The notes: generated by a model from the sequence alone, not told the origin. Counted from the stretch's first letter, positions 39,695-50,205 are shown. The stretch: DNA of 64,000 nucleotides from Candidatus Levyibacteriota bacterium (GCA_963790825.1 CAWBPM010000002.1:167159-231158); one strand, 5' to 3'. Program-made: numbers and translations.

Positions 39695-40345
39695 TTACCA
39701 TCTATTGTCTGCTGCTTTTTCAAGCGTAGAGAGAATATATTCTACAGTTTGCAAATCAGCAAACGTTACCGATCGCTCTTTTTTATTAACAAATTGTGCC
39801 GAAGTAAAATTAGAGTATTGATCAACTTTTGTTAACATCTCGAAAGACATAAATATAGTCCGATCTCTGGTGTATCGTTTTACCGGACCGGTATAATTAT
39901 CCTGCGGAAGTAGGAATCCTGTTTCCCAATATGAAATGGTAGGATGAGCGGGGTTAACCCGTCGCAGTTCTATATAGTTTATTGGCGCTTTAAGATTAGA
40001 CCCTGTAACTAATTCAGTATCAGGATAAGAAACTAATAAACAAACGGAATTAACTTTAGATTTTTTATTTGCAGGGTCCACTTCCTTAAAATTGTTTTGA
40101 ACAACTGTCAAAGAGAAATCATTTTTACGAACAAATACAGCATTAGGCCATTTTATTTGACGCATAACTGCCCGGAAATACAGCGCGTCAAGAGATTTAG
40201 TCAGACCTTCCTGTCGAAGATCTAAATTCTTCCAGGAGTTTTCGATGAATTTTGCACGTAGTTCCTCTTCCGAAAGAATAGGAAAAGGATTAAACAAGTT
40301 CTCTGACCGATCATTTCTTGTTGTAAATAGCTCTAAGAATGACAT
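39695..40345 (-). CDS. Hypothetical protein (ORFan)
   Basis: ORF preceded by TTGACA-N17-TATAAT. Confidence 0.6.
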   Translation of the reverse strand: MSFLELFTTRNDRSENLFNPFPILSEEELRAKFIENSWKNLDLRQEGLTKSLDALYFRAVMRQIKWPNAVFVRKNDFSLTVVQNNFKEVDPANKKSKVNSVCLLVSYPDTELVTGSNLKAPINYIELRRVNPAHPTISYWETGFLLPQDNYTGPVKRYTRDRTIFMSFEMLTKVDQYSNFTSAQFVNKKERSVTFADLQTVEYILSTLEKAADNRW

Positions 40346-40471
40346 AATCATTATTATACTCTAGGATATTAAACTTGTCAAAAAAGCCCGGCAGCTCGAT
40401 TTGATGAGATAACTTAGGCTATTATTTTAGCAACGCGGATTAAAGCAGGAAAAGGGAGTAGAGGTAATAAT

Positions 40472-40735
40472 CTATTCAGTTTGCTTAGATCCAGGGAAAA
40501 CCCGATGGTACAGTCTGCTAAGAGAAGCACTTAGCGGTACTATAAGTGGGGTTGTTTGCGGCCGATCATTGGAGGGTAATGATATGATTATTTTTTCAGC
40601 TGTTCTTCTGCTTTCTTCTATTGCCAGGGCTTGAAAAGTATGCTTTGATATTTTGCCTGTATAAAACATACTGCGTAAATCCGTTTCTGCATGTTCTCCG
40701 GGAATAATTTCATTTTCTACCACAGACAATATCAT
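40472..40735 (-). CDS. Small hypothetical protein
   Basis: 87-aa ORF with a -10-like box 6 nt upstream. Confidence 0.45.
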   Translation of the reverse strand: MILSVVENEIIPGEHAETDLRSMFYTGKISKHTFQALAIEESRRTAEKIIISLPSNDRPQTTPLIVPLSASLSRLYHRVFPGSKQTE

Positions 40736-40762
40736 AGCAGAGTTATAATTATGATAACAATA

Positions 40763-42121
40763 CTACTTTCGTAGCAAATCGTATTCGTAGGGGAAGTAAA
40801 GAAAAGTTGCCGGAGAATCATCAAGCAGGTATTTTTGGAACTCAGCATAAATAGATTGCCGTTCTTTTCTGTCAGTAGTCTTGCGTCCGTCTTCAAGCAA
40901 TTTATCGATGCGGAGATTTTTATATCTGGTGATATTATTGATCTGTCCTGAATGCCAGAGAGTATATTGATCGGGGTCTTTGGCTAAAATAAAATCCCCC
41001 AAATATATCTGAAAATCATCCGGCCGCATATCAACGACTTCGATTTTTGTCCTTATACCAAGCTTTTTCCAAGAATTGCTAATTAAGACGGCAGTTTTTT
41101 TATATTTTGCAAGAGTTTTTATCCTCAGTAGCGGATATGGAGATTTCCCGCCGATACTTGAAGCGGTAAGAAGATCCTGTGCATGAACATAATCTTGTTT
41201 ACGGGGATCTAGAACAGTTGGATAATACCAGGTGTTGGGAGGATAAGGAAAATATGCACGTTCCCCGTCGGGAAAAGTATCCGGAATTCCGTAGGAAAGT
41301 GTGTCCCTGATTTTTTTATCGGAAAGAACAGGATCCTCAGTATTATAAAAAAGTGTTACAAGTTTGGTCTGGTCCAGATTTTTTATAAAATGAGCATTCG
41401 GATACGAAGTTAAAGATGTATTGTTAAAATTAAGATCGGAAAGACCTATCGCATCGCTGATTTCTCCGAGTCCAAAGGCAATTTTTAAAGCATCATTCGT
41501 CGGATAAAAGATATATTCCTCACTATCGGTTGGATTTTTCAGCGAGCTGATTTTCATAGAGCTGACAAAAACATCATTCAGGTCAATCGTATTAATTTTA
41601 TAGTCTCCGACTCCGATCAAATCCTTTTTAAAGATAGGATGGGAAACCGTAACTAAAAAAGGAGAATAAGCGTCCTTCAGATGAAAGATGACGGTATGCC
41701 GATCAGGCCTGTCTATAACAACGTCGGTAAAATCATAATTAACGTCCTCTGAAGTTAAAAGCTGACCGTCACTAAAGTAAACGTTATCTTTCAAAAAGAA
41801 TTCATAGGTTTTTCCATGATCTTTTATTACCCACGACTTGGCTGCGCCTGGCAATATATCGCCACTTGGCGTTACGGATGTCAAGCCGTAGGAAAGCTTG
41901 CTGACGATAAATGTCGGCAATGTATCGACTTTGTAATTTCCCGTGACTCCGTAAAGAATGGGACGTTTAAAGAAAAAAAAGTGAAGTAAATATTTTGATG
42001 AAGAGAGAAGCAAAATAAAAAATAATAAACCAAAAACAAATGATAACAAAACTACTTTCCACCACTTTACCAGGTATGCTTTCAAGAGCCAGAAAATGAG
42101 TCTGCGTTTCAGAACTATCAT
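40763..42121 (-). CDS. ABC transporter substrate-binding protein, family 5
   Basis: PGAAKSW...Y.F.L...FSDG..LTSEDV and DPDQYTLWHS. Confidence 0.85.
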   Translation of the reverse strand: MIVLKRRLIFWLLKAYLVKWWKVVLLSFVFGLLFFILLLSSSKYLLHFFFFKRPILYGVTGNYKVDTLPTFIVSKLSYGLTSVTPSGDILPGAAKSWVIKDHGKTYEFFLKDNVYFSDGQLLTSEDVNYDFTDVVIDRPDRHTVIFHLKDAYSPFLVTVSHPIFKKDLIGVGDYKINTIDLNDVFVSSMKISSLKNPTDSEEYIFYPTNDALKIAFGLGEISDAIGLSDLNFNNTSLTSYPNAHFIKNLDQTKLVTLFYNTEDPVLSDKKIRDTLSYGIPDTFPDGERAYFPYPPNTWYYPTVLDPRKQDYVHAQDLLTASSIGGKSPYPLLRIKTLAKYKKTAVLISNSWKKLGIRTKIEVVDMRPDDFQIYLGDFILAKDPDQYTLWHSGQINNITRYKNLRIDKLLEDGRKTTDRKERQSIYAEFQKYLLDDSPATFLYFPYEYDLLRK

Positions 42122-42144
42122 AGATCTATTATTTTTTTACTAAA

Positions 42145-42360
42145 CTATATATGAGGAAAAAGAAGAGCCATTGAAATGACACCGAGAAGAGTGGCCAAAA
42201 AAACTGTTGCGTAAACTAATAATTTTTCAACATTACGTTTACTGCGATACATTTCTCCGCCTCCACCGAAAGCTGCGGACAATCCGCTACCCTGAGATTG
42301 CATAAGAATAGAACCAATAAGAAGCACGGCTACAATAATTTGTGCAATACTTAAAATCAT
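42145..42360 (-). CDS. secG: Preprotein translocase subunit SecG
   Basis: ILMQSQGSGLSAAFGGG...RSKRNVEK and two TMs. Confidence 0.9.
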   Translation of the reverse strand: MILSIAQIIVAVLLIGSILMQSQGSGLSAAFGGGGEMYRSKRNVEKLLVYATVFLATLLGVISMALLFPHI

Positions 42361-42367
42361 ATGCCTA

Positions 42368-43333
42368 TTATATATTTTTACTGACCAGTGATGCAAGTTT
42401 CACTGAATCGTGATACAGGGGGAAAGTTTCATTTATTAAATCTCCTGCGATAAGTTCAGTTGCACCCGGTATCTTCAGTCCTTCGTCCGGCCGGACATAG
42501 GTATATTTAAACTCCGGAGGAATGGGAAGCGAGAAGTTATTATTAACAACTGTTTTATTGAATGGAAAAGTACCCAAATGAGTTGTAATCGCCTGAACAA
42601 AGCAAGAAACCGTATATCCTTTTGTTTCGAAAGGTTTATTTGCGACGTTAACGATAAACATTTTGCATGCGCTGCTTTCCAAAATTGCCTGTTTTATTTT
42701 AGGAATAATTAAAACAGGCAGTATCGTCGTATATAAATCTCCCGGACCCGCGATAATCACATCCGCATCCGCTATCGCCTCAAGTACGCCGCGTGACGGA
42801 GCCGGATCGCGGGGCGTGATCCAGACTTTCTCTAAAACCCGTTTCCCTTTATATTTCCCCAAATCAATATTTTCTTCTCCCTGTACTTCTATTCCGTCGG
42901 TTGTAAGAGCTGACAGGGAAAGTGTATCCGGAGTTGAGGCATAGATATTATGAGACACGTCAAAAATATCTTTCATAAGCTCGATAGCATCCTGCAAGCT
43001 TCCGGTCAGGTCTACTGCAGCTGCCATCATGAGATTACCCAATTTATGTCCGGGAAGCGAGTGATCTTTTCCGTATCTGTCGCCGGGAAAACGATAAGTT
43101 AACATCTTAGGATATAACTCATTTTTATTTTGCGAAAGCGCAGAGATGCAGGACACTATATCGCCGGGAGGAGGGATATTATAGAGCCGTCTGATTCTTC
43201 CGGCAGAACCGCCGTCATCTGCCACGGAAACAACGACTGAAATATTCTTCGTGTGGGTCTGAAGTCCTTTAATCAGGTTTACCGTGCCGATTCCGCCTCC
43301 CAAACAAACAATTTTTTTATCCCGTATAGTCAT
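42368..43333 (-). CDS. yvcK: YvcK/CofD-like UDP-GlcNAc-binding protein
   Basis: LGGGIG, VADDGGSAG, PPGD, GHKLGNL and GPGDLYT. Confidence 0.9.
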   Translation of the reverse strand: MTIRDKKIVCLGGGIGTVNLIKGLQTHTKNISVVVSVADDGGSAGRIRRLYNIPPPGDIVSCISALSQNKNELYPKMLTYRFPGDRYGKDHSLPGHKLGNLMMAAAVDLTGSLQDAIELMKDIFDVSHNIYASTPDTLSLSALTTDGIEVQGEENIDLGKYKGKRVLEKVWITPRDPAPSRGVLEAIADADVIIAGPGDLYTTILPVLIIPKIKQAILESSACKMFIVNVANKPFETKGYTVSCFVQAITTHLGTFPFNKTVVNNNFSLPIPPEFKYTYVRPDEGLKIPGATELIAGDLINETFPLYHDSVKLASLVSKNI

Positions 43334-43406
43334 AGTTCGAAATTTGTTCAGCATTCAAGAAAAACTTGAATGCTTCACGATTTTAACAGCTCTAATCTTA
43401 ACTTCT

Positions 43407-43811
43407 TTAGTCCATAATCCAAAGCAGTATAGATATTAGCACTGATAATAGCACAGCTGTGAGCAAAAATGCAGCCAGCATATTAAAAGAAACAGCCGGT
43501 ATAATTATTCCGGCAAGCTTCAGACCGGAAAACCTGAATGCTTTAATCGTAATTTCACTGACAAAGTAGGTAAGCAGGTATAAAATAACCGTATTAATAA
43601 TTATGGAAAATGCTCCCAAAGTTATGATATTAAACGGTAAACTTAATAATTTCAGTACCGGCTTTACAACAAGAATCAAAATCGTCAGCACAATACCTGC
43701 CGTCACAATCGTAAGTAAGCCACCTGCAATACTGACTCCCGGTAAAATTATGGGCAGCAGCCAAAGCGAAAATGAATAAATTATAATTCGCTTGAGCAGA
43801 AACTTTATCAT
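43407..43811 (-). CDS. 4-TM phage-holin-like (YvlD) membrane protein
   Basis: VKPVLKLLSLPFNIITLGAF...IN. Confidence 0.75.
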   Translation of the reverse strand: MIKFLLKRIIIYSFSLWLLPIILPGVSIAGGLLTIVTAGIVLTILILVVKPVLKLLSLPFNIITLGAFSIIINTVILYLLTYFVSEITIKAFRFSGLKLAGIIIPAVSFNMLAAFLLTAVLLSVLISILLWIMD

Positions 43812-43861
43812 ACAATAAACTGTAGTGATTATAGATCTTTTGCTGCTTTTAGGCAATTTTC

Positions 43862-44922
43862 TGTCCTGGCCACCTAGATGCCGTACACTTCTCCTTTCTG
43901 CTGTAGCAGCTTAACATACTCTGCCGGTTTTTGATAGCCAAGAGACCTATGGTATCGCTCATAGTTGTATTTATGGGTGAATAATCGACAATGTTCTCGT
44001 ATCCCTTCAAGTCCTGGAATGAGATCCTGATAATTAAGATACTCATACTCCACTGTTTGATGTAATCTCTCTACTCTCCCGTTTTGCTTTGGACAATGAG
44101 GATCAGTAAAGTAATGGGGAATTCCCCAGCTCTTAATCTCCTTGTGAAAATTAAGAAGATACTCACTACCATTGTCTGTATTAATTGCCTGTATTGGAAA
44201 CGGAAAATATTCCTTTACTCGTTTAATGAAGTCCTGGGCAGATGCAGAGGAAATAGTAGTATAAGCATAAGTGAATGCAAATCGACTCTTGCAGTCAATC
44301 GCTGAAAAGAGAAAGTAACGATCCCCTAAAACAGAAAAGTATTTTGTATCAACTTGTACGAGTGATCCCAGGCTTCCTTCACGGAGCTCTCTGGCTGCTT
44401 TGACTCGAGCAATCATATGATGATGACTTCTTATCCTCTTCTTGTGCTGCGAGTTACGTAACTCCGGATATTTATTCATAACCTTTTGAATTGTGTTATA
44501 TCCTAAGATAATACCCTGTTCTTTTAATTCTGCCTGTATCTCGTATTTTGATTTCTCCTTATCCTTCTCTCGTATCGCACACACGAGATCTTGTACTTTT
44601 TTTGGTGTTGTCATTCTGCGGACGTTCCTCGGACGCCTGGAGCTCGTATCATCTTCTAGTGTCTGTAGTTGTCGTGGATTAAATCGTTTCTTCCAACGGT
44701 AAAAGGTATCCCGAGAAATACCAAAGTATCGACAGGTTAACGAAGCGTTTTTGTCATGAGAAAGATAGTAGTCAAACCAGGCTAATCGTCTCATCCCGTC
44801 TTTTGATAAATTACTGGTTGCTACTTGTATCTTGGGAAATCGTTTATACGCTCGCATGTACGAGCCATTGTACAGTCCTTTCATCAAACTTCAACTGTAC
44901 GGTATGTATCGTGGCCTAGACA
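43862..44922 (-). mobile_element. IS481-family insertion sequence
   Basis: TGT...ACA ends with imperfect IRs (TGTCCTGGCCAC-CTAGATGCCGTACACTT vs TGTCTAGGCCACGATACATACCGTACAGTT); 5-bp TSD TTTTC. Confidence 0.9.
43874..44887 (-). CDS. IS481-family transposase
   Basis: HTH (TCRYFGISRDTFYRW), QVDTK, TDNGSE, NGRVER and RYHRSL. Confidence 0.92.
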   Translation of the reverse strand: MMKGLYNGSYMRAYKRFPKIQVATSNLSKDGMRRLAWFDYYLSHDKNASLTCRYFGISRDTFYRWKKRFNPRQLQTLEDDTSSRRPRNVRRMTTPKKVQDLVCAIREKDKEKSKYEIQAELKEQGIILGYNTIQKVMNKYPELRNSQHKKRIRSHHHMIARVKAARELREGSLGSLVQVDTKYFSVLGDRYFLFSAIDCKSRFAFTYAYTTISSASAQDFIKRVKEYFPFPIQAINTDNGSEYLLNFHKEIKSWGIPHYFTDPHCPKQNGRVERLHQTVEYEYLNYQDLIPGLEGIREHCRLFTHKYNYERYHRSLGYQKPAEYVKLLQQKGEVYGI

Positions 44923-44981
44923 TTTTCTCACTAAACTAACTATAGGTTGAACATCTCTTGAGTTCTTGCTATAATTTATAA

Positions 44982-45968
44982 ATGCTTGAGACTGATATAA
45001 GGGATCCGTATCAACAAAAACATAGTCCGGAGCGTAGAAGATTAGCAACTAAACTTTGGGAAATCAGAGGTATTGATCGAAGGAATGGATTTGTTAATGA
45101 TCGTTCAGGGAAAGAATATGAAGAAGAATTCCTCGGTCTTGCAAGTTTTTTTGATTATATTCGAAGTATTCCTGAGAGCAATTTTGTTTTAGATATTGGT
45201 TCTGGTAAAACAATCGGCATAAACGACATTTCCCATTCCTCAGCCAGTAGAGGTTTAACATTTGGAGCAACAAGTTTGGTGCGGCATCCCATGAGTGAGC
45301 AGTACTTAGGATCTGATAATATTCATATTACATCAGCGGAAGTGCTGCGCAGTATCCCGGGTGAGTCAGTTGCCGGTATTCTCGCGTTATATTCAATTGC
45401 CTACAGTATTGCTCCCGGACAGGCAATACAGCAAATCGATAAAAAACTTGTACCAGGAGGGGCATTCAAAGGGAAATTTTCTAAGTTTGACAGCGGTACT
45501 GCTGCTATGTTTGGTCATCCCGAGCTTAAAGATGCTGATAAATTCGTAAAAGCACTGAAAAAATTAGGATATGATATCGCAGTCAGTAATTTTAGAAGTG
45601 GATCTATTGTTCTGGCAATAAAACCCGGGACTACTCCCCCAGTCTCTGCTAATGACCTGCTTCTGGCAGACAAATTTGATTATACCAGCAAAAGAAGAAG
45701 AATTTTTCCTGTTTCTTCTTACCCAACTCTTTCTGATCCAATTCTCGAGCCAGGCTGGCTGTCTCAAATTTCGAATGTTGCGGTACCCCCCGGGGAAGAA
45801 ATCATTTCATCTCTTAGATTTAAGAAACCAATTCAGTACGAGGGAAAAGCTAAAATTAATGCCAGGATTATCCCTTCAGTGAAAATAAATGAGCAGCTGT
45901 TCTTTAAAAAAGACAGTGCTGAAAAATTAAATGAGAAAAAATATATTTTTTACAAAAATGCTTACTGA
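44982..45968 (+). CDS. Class I SAM-dependent methyltransferase-like ORFan
   Basis: VLDIGSG and LVPGG. Confidence 0.6.
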   Translation: MLETDIRDPYQQKHSPERRRLATKLWEIRGIDRRNGFVNDRSGKEYEEEFLGLASFFDYIRSIPESNFVLDIGSGKTIGINDISHSSASRGLTFGATSLVRHPMSEQYLGSDNIHITSAEVLRSIPGESVAGILALYSIAYSIAPGQAIQQIDKKLVPGGAFKGKFSKFDSGTAAMFGHPELKDADKFVKALKKLGYDIAVSNFRSGSIVLAIKPGTTPPVSANDLLLADKFDYTSKRRRIFPVSSYPTLSDPILEPGWLSQISNVAVPPGEEIISSLRFKKPIQYEGKAKINARIIPSVKINEQLFFKKDSAEKLNEKKYIFYKNAY

Positions 45969-46016
45969 AGTAGCCTATAGTTGATAGTTTTTCTTTTTTT
46001 TGCTAAAATATCCATT

Positions 46017-46721
46017 GTGCTAGAATGTTTCCAACAAAATACTCCGTCGCCTGAACCTGAAATGACAGCTGAAAAATACTGTGGGCATTTACGAGAAATG
46101 GTAGAAAAAGGGCTTCAGGAAAATTTTGCTAGTCTTTCCAGCAACAAGCTTCGTCATTTTGCAGGCAAATTATCTACCGATCCTGCAAAAGTTCACGGGG
46201 ATATCAATGAAGGTTCATTGTCATTTCGCTGCGGGGAATTCTCAGGAGAACTTAGAGATTGTCTTAGTCGCCTGGGATTTAGTACAAACGTTTATGGAAG
46301 TACGTATTATGAAGATAAATCGTATCATGCCTATTTAAAGCCCACAAACGCTCCTTTTGATGTTATTATTGATCCGACGATTGGACAGTATCTTATCGGG
46401 TTTAATCATGTGTTTGTCGGCACAAGACAACAGTTAAGAAATCTTGTTTTGACTCAAAACGAAAATGGAACTCCCTACGCTCTTCGTAGTCTGGGAAAAC
46501 GTAATCCGGAACTATTTTTTAATATCATATGGGGGATTAGTTCAAAACCATATAATTATTTTACGGGCAGAGTCGGAAAAAAGACCGTTCCCTGTGAATA
46601 CCAGGACCATTTACAACTGACAGGAGGTTATAATCGGCAGAGAGTTATTAAAGGATATTTCACTGAAAAAGCTTTTTTTTCTTCTAAGCTAATAACTCCA
46701 GATATGCGGGAAAAGAAATAA
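46017..46721 (+). CDS. Hypothetical protein with a transglutaminase/papain-like Cys-His-Asp pattern
   Basis: RCGEFS...HAYL...IIDPTIGQY; probable GTG start 7 nt after the -10 box. Confidence 0.5.
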   Translation: MLECFQQNTPSPEPEMTAEKYCGHLREMVEKGLQENFASLSSNKLRHFAGKLSTDPAKVHGDINEGSLSFRCGEFSGELRDCLSRLGFSTNVYGSTYYEDKSYHAYLKPTNAPFDVIIDPTIGQYLIGFNHVFVGTRQQLRNLVLTQNENGTPYALRSLGKRNPELFFNIIWGISSKPYNYFTGRVGKKTVPCEYQDHLQLTGGYNRQRVIKGYFTEKAFFSSKLITPDMREKK

Positions 46722-46831
46722 AATATCTTCGCTATAATTAATCAACACGAAGCGCGATATGCTAAAAAGTTCTCTATAACAAGTATAGTCCTATAGTTGA
46801 CTTTGGTTCAATACGCTTCTATAATACCGGA

Positions 46832-47917
46832 ATGGAAAGAAAAACCTCACATCACCTACCTGCTGGGGAAAATAACCCATTAACCAGTGAGGCAGTTGTC
46901 TTAAGTCAAAGAATCAATACTCCTCTCGCTCACTCATTAATTAATTTACATTATAAATATAATGGCTTAGGAGTTAATGAAGAAGATACCTATAGCAAAA
47001 TCGAAGGAGTAAGAACAACATTCCCATTTCAAACGGAAGTTGAAGAGGCATCTTGGAATGATTATATACCTTCGGAAGTTATGGAAACGTACGATGTTTG
47101 TTCCCGGATCATGAATCCTGAAACGATGCCGCAAGCCTGGAAAGATTTATTGAAAGAAGCAGATCAAATGAGAATAGAGAGAGGATCAGATATGCCACTG
47201 GATATCATCAACGGGATTTTTTTCCTTTCTCTGGAAAGTAAACGGTATAAAAAACTTGGGTTGCCTCAGTTTGAACTAGACGGGGAGTTGGGGCCAAAAT
47301 TTAGCAATGAAGCACAAATACGAGAAGCAATTACAGGCGCTGTAAAAGACAGAAAATTACGTGGAGATTTAAGAGATGAACTGGCAATACAAATTCCTGA
47401 TGTTGGACTGTCGGATTTGGATATGCAGGCAGTAAATAAAGTTATAAAAAACCTAGGAGTTGAGGAAAATAATGGGATACTTCTTGATCTGGGGTGCGGT
47501 ATGGGAAACAGAACAGCAAAATGGCATGAAGCAACCGGTGTGAAGACAATCGGTCTCGATAGGGCATACAGAGAAAAATGGTATGGGCCTATTTGGAATG
47601 ATGGACAAAATGAAAACATACGCTTTATGAGAGCAGATTTCATACAAGGTATACCCCTCGCTGATGATGCTATTGATGTGGTCGTTATGGAAGATGTTGT
47701 GGCATATATACTTGAGGATAAATTGGCTGTCGCTATAGGAGAAGTAACACGGATATTGAAACCCGACAGGGGACTATTCTTCGTCGGACCTCAGGAAACA
47801 GACGATAAAAATAGACGTTGGCGAATGTTTAGAAAAGAGCTATCTGATCAAAGTGGTAAACATAGACTCAGCGAATATTCACTAGGCGACGCTGTGCAGG
47901 GATCAGAAAACAAATAA
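46832..47917 (+). CDS. Class I SAM-dependent methyltransferase with an unknown N-terminal domain
   Basis: LLDLGCGMG, GLD, RADF..GIPLAD..IDVV and RILKP. Confidence 0.75.
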   Translation: MERKTSHHLPAGENNPLTSEAVVLSQRINTPLAHSLINLHYKYNGLGVNEEDTYSKIEGVRTTFPFQTEVEEASWNDYIPSEVMETYDVCSRIMNPETMPQAWKDLLKEADQMRIERGSDMPLDIINGIFFLSLESKRYKKLGLPQFELDGELGPKFSNEAQIREAITGAVKDRKLRGDLRDELAIQIPDVGLSDLDMQAVNKVIKNLGVEENNGILLDLGCGMGNRTAKWHEATGVKTIGLDRAYREKWYGPIWNDGQNENIRFMRADFIQGIPLADDAIDVVVMEDVVAYILEDKLAVAIGEVTRILKPDRGLFFVGPQETDDKNRRWRMFRKELSDQSGKHRLSEYSLGDAVQGSENK

Positions 47918-47974
47918 AAACTTTTGTATTTGATTTTCTTCTCCATTTTATCTACACTTAAACAACATCCAGGG

Positions 47975-49891
47975 ATGAAAAATATTTTTTTGTTTATCCT
48001 ATTTATACTTCTGGCAGGTATGATTGTCGTTATCGGTAATCAGAAAAGAAGTTTTGCCAATACGAAACCTGTTATAGCAAAAAGATTGCGAAGCATCATA
48101 GTCAGACAATTTCGTCCAGTTTGCGCTGTACATGTACCGGGAATGGCGAGGTGCCATGCGCATGTGGTAACTTTGGACAATACGGGAAATCCATTGGTAA
48201 GCAGTACTCCCATTTCTTCAAGTTACGGTCCAGCCCAATTTCACATGGCATATAATCTGCCTTGTACGCCGGGGGGTACAACACAATCTGTTTGTCCTGT
48301 TCCGGATAGTTTTGGCGGACAGACAATCGCAATCATCAGTGCCTATAATGCTCCAAATATCGAAAGTGATTTGAATACATACAGTAATTATTATGGACTT
48401 CCATCCTGTACACGAGCAAACGGTTGTTTAACAATAGTAAACGAAAACGGCGGATCCGCACTGCCGATTTTAACCAACAGCGGCTGGGCACTTGAAACAT
48501 CTCTGGACGCAGAAGTCGCTCACATGACTTGTCAAACATGTAAAATTCTTCTTGTTGAGGCAACAGCCAGTTATTATTCTGATTTAGGTACGGCAGTCAA
48601 TACCGCGTCACGGCTCGGCGCGACAGAAATTTCAAATAGTTATGGCGGCTCGGAATGGTCGGGAGAGACGTCTTACGATACGTATTATAATCATCCGGGT
48701 ATTGCCATAACGGCATCCAGCGGAGACAATGGGTATGGAGCAGAGTTCCCGGCTGCATCGGCAAATGTTGTCGCAGTCTCCGGTACGTCTCTACAACTTG
48801 CTAGCGATAATACATATGTTAGTGAAAAGGTGTGGAGCGGTACGGGAAGCGGATGCAGTGCCTATGAACCGGCAAACTCCTGGCAAAAAAATCTAAGCAA
48901 TTGGAATCAAACAGGTTGCGCTGTACACAGAGCCGTTGCCGACATATCGGCTGACGCTGATCCGAATAGCGGAGCAGCAGTGTATGATTCAACGCCGTAT
49001 AACGGAGCAAGCGGGTGGTATCAAATCGGAGGAACAAGTCTCTCCTCTCCCTTTATCGCCGGAGTATATGCGCTCGCAGGCGGAGTGCCTGCCAATACTA
49101 ACGCAAGTTCTCTTTCCTACGCAAATTTTACGAATAGTAACTCGCATGATATAACTTCAGGCAGCAACGGAGTCTGCGCTACAATTATGTGCAGCGCCCA
49201 AGCCGGTTATGACGGACCATCGGGTCTGGGAAGTCCGAATGGACTTGGCGGATTTAATAATTTGTACGATACACCAACACTTATCCCGACTCCTACAGAA
49301 ACTCCTACTCCGACCCTAACTCCGACACCAACTGCAACCCCAAGCCCGACCCCGAGCGGAACTTTGACTCTCACGCCGACTCCAACTACTCCAACATTGA
49401 CGTCTACCTTAACACCTGTACAGACATTTATATTTGGTTATACAAGTGTGGGAAATTCTACTGATATTGCCGATCAAAATCACATTGATGGATCACAATT
49501 TAAAATGGGTATTAATGGAACTCTGCAGTCTATTTCAGTTTACATAACGTCTGCAGACAGTCCTCCCCGTAATCAATATCAAGTCGCAATATACACAGAC
49601 AATAACGGAAGACCCGGAGCGCTACTGGCAAAATCCGCAAGCGGAACCATCAGCGCAAATAACTGGAATACCTTGCCTATTACGGCGTCCCTTCAAATAA
49701 ACAGCAATTATTGGCTGGTCTATAACACGAATACTACAAATAATTCATTAAACAATTTGAAATTCAGCAGCACCTCAAGTCGCATCGGAGTTCGCAGCGG
49801 TAATGTTTCGTTTGGAACGTGGTCGCAAACATTTGCTTACAGTTTAGATGGGCGCAAATACTCAATCTTCGCGACTTATACTTCCCTGTAA
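47975..49891 (+). CDS. Secreted S53 (sedolisin-like) peptidase with a PT linker and C-terminal beta domain
   Basis: ETSLD, SNSYG, SSGD and GGTSLS catalytic motifs; TP repeats. Confidence 0.85.
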   Translation: MKNIFLFILFILLAGMIVVIGNQKRSFANTKPVIAKRLRSIIVRQFRPVCAVHVPGMARCHAHVVTLDNTGNPLVSSTPISSSYGPAQFHMAYNLPCTPGGTTQSVCPVPDSFGGQTIAIISAYNAPNIESDLNTYSNYYGLPSCTRANGCLTIVNENGGSALPILTNSGWALETSLDAEVAHMTCQTCKILLVEATASYYSDLGTAVNTASRLGATEISNSYGGSEWSGETSYDTYYNHPGIAITASSGDNGYGAEFPAASANVVAVSGTSLQLASDNTYVSEKVWSGTGSGCSAYEPANSWQKNLSNWNQTGCAVHRAVADISADADPNSGAAVYDSTPYNGASGWYQIGGTSLSSPFIAGVYALAGGVPANTNASSLSYANFTNSNSHDITSGSNGVCATIMCSAQAGYDGPSGLGSPNGLGGFNNLYDTPTLIPTPTETPTPTLTPTPTATPSPTPSGTLTLTPTPTTPTLTSTLTPVQTFIFGYTSVGNSTDIADQNHIDGSQFKMGINGTLQSISVYITSADSPPRNQYQVAIYTDNNGRPGALLAKSASGTISANNWNTLPITASLQINSNYWLVYNTNTTNNSLNNLKFSSTSSRIGVRSGNVSFGTWSQTFAYSLDGRKYSIFATYTSL

Positions 49892-49898
49892 GGTATTA

Positions 49899-50096
49899 CT
49901 AGAAAACGAAGCCGGAGATTAATCCTACCGCGACAAAAACAAGAAAAGTAAAGATCGCCATATGTAATGCCTGGCTTTTTGCGCGTTTCGGATCGAAATG
50001 ATGCTTGTATTCATCGTAAGTAATAATAAAGGCAATAATTCCGGCAAAGGGACTAAGCGTTATGGTGGTTGCAAAAATTAGAGCCGGTACATTCAT
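49899..50096 (-). CDS. Small 2-TM membrane protein
   Basis: Two hydrophobic helices around ITYDEYKHHF. Confidence 0.55.
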   Translation of the reverse strand: MNVPALIFATTITLSPFAGIIAFIITYDEYKHHFDPKRAKSQALHMAIFTFLVFVAVGLISGFVF

Positions 50097-50205
50097 ACTG
50101 TTATGATCGATTTTATTTTACATCTTCAGTATAACACGGAAATGATTTAATTAGGCTGAAAGAATTAGAAAAATTGAATATAAATATAATAGAAAATTTG
50201 CTATA

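Noticed and set aside
43407-43811. Prophage suggested by the holin-like gene
   Set aside because: YvlD-type membrane protein in housekeeping synteny with yvcK and secG; no phage genes nearby.
49270-49420. Tandem-looking DNA repeats (also about 57330-57470, 58960-59060 and 63220-63390)
   Set aside because: These are degenerate codons for Pro/Thr linkers, not independent DNA elements.
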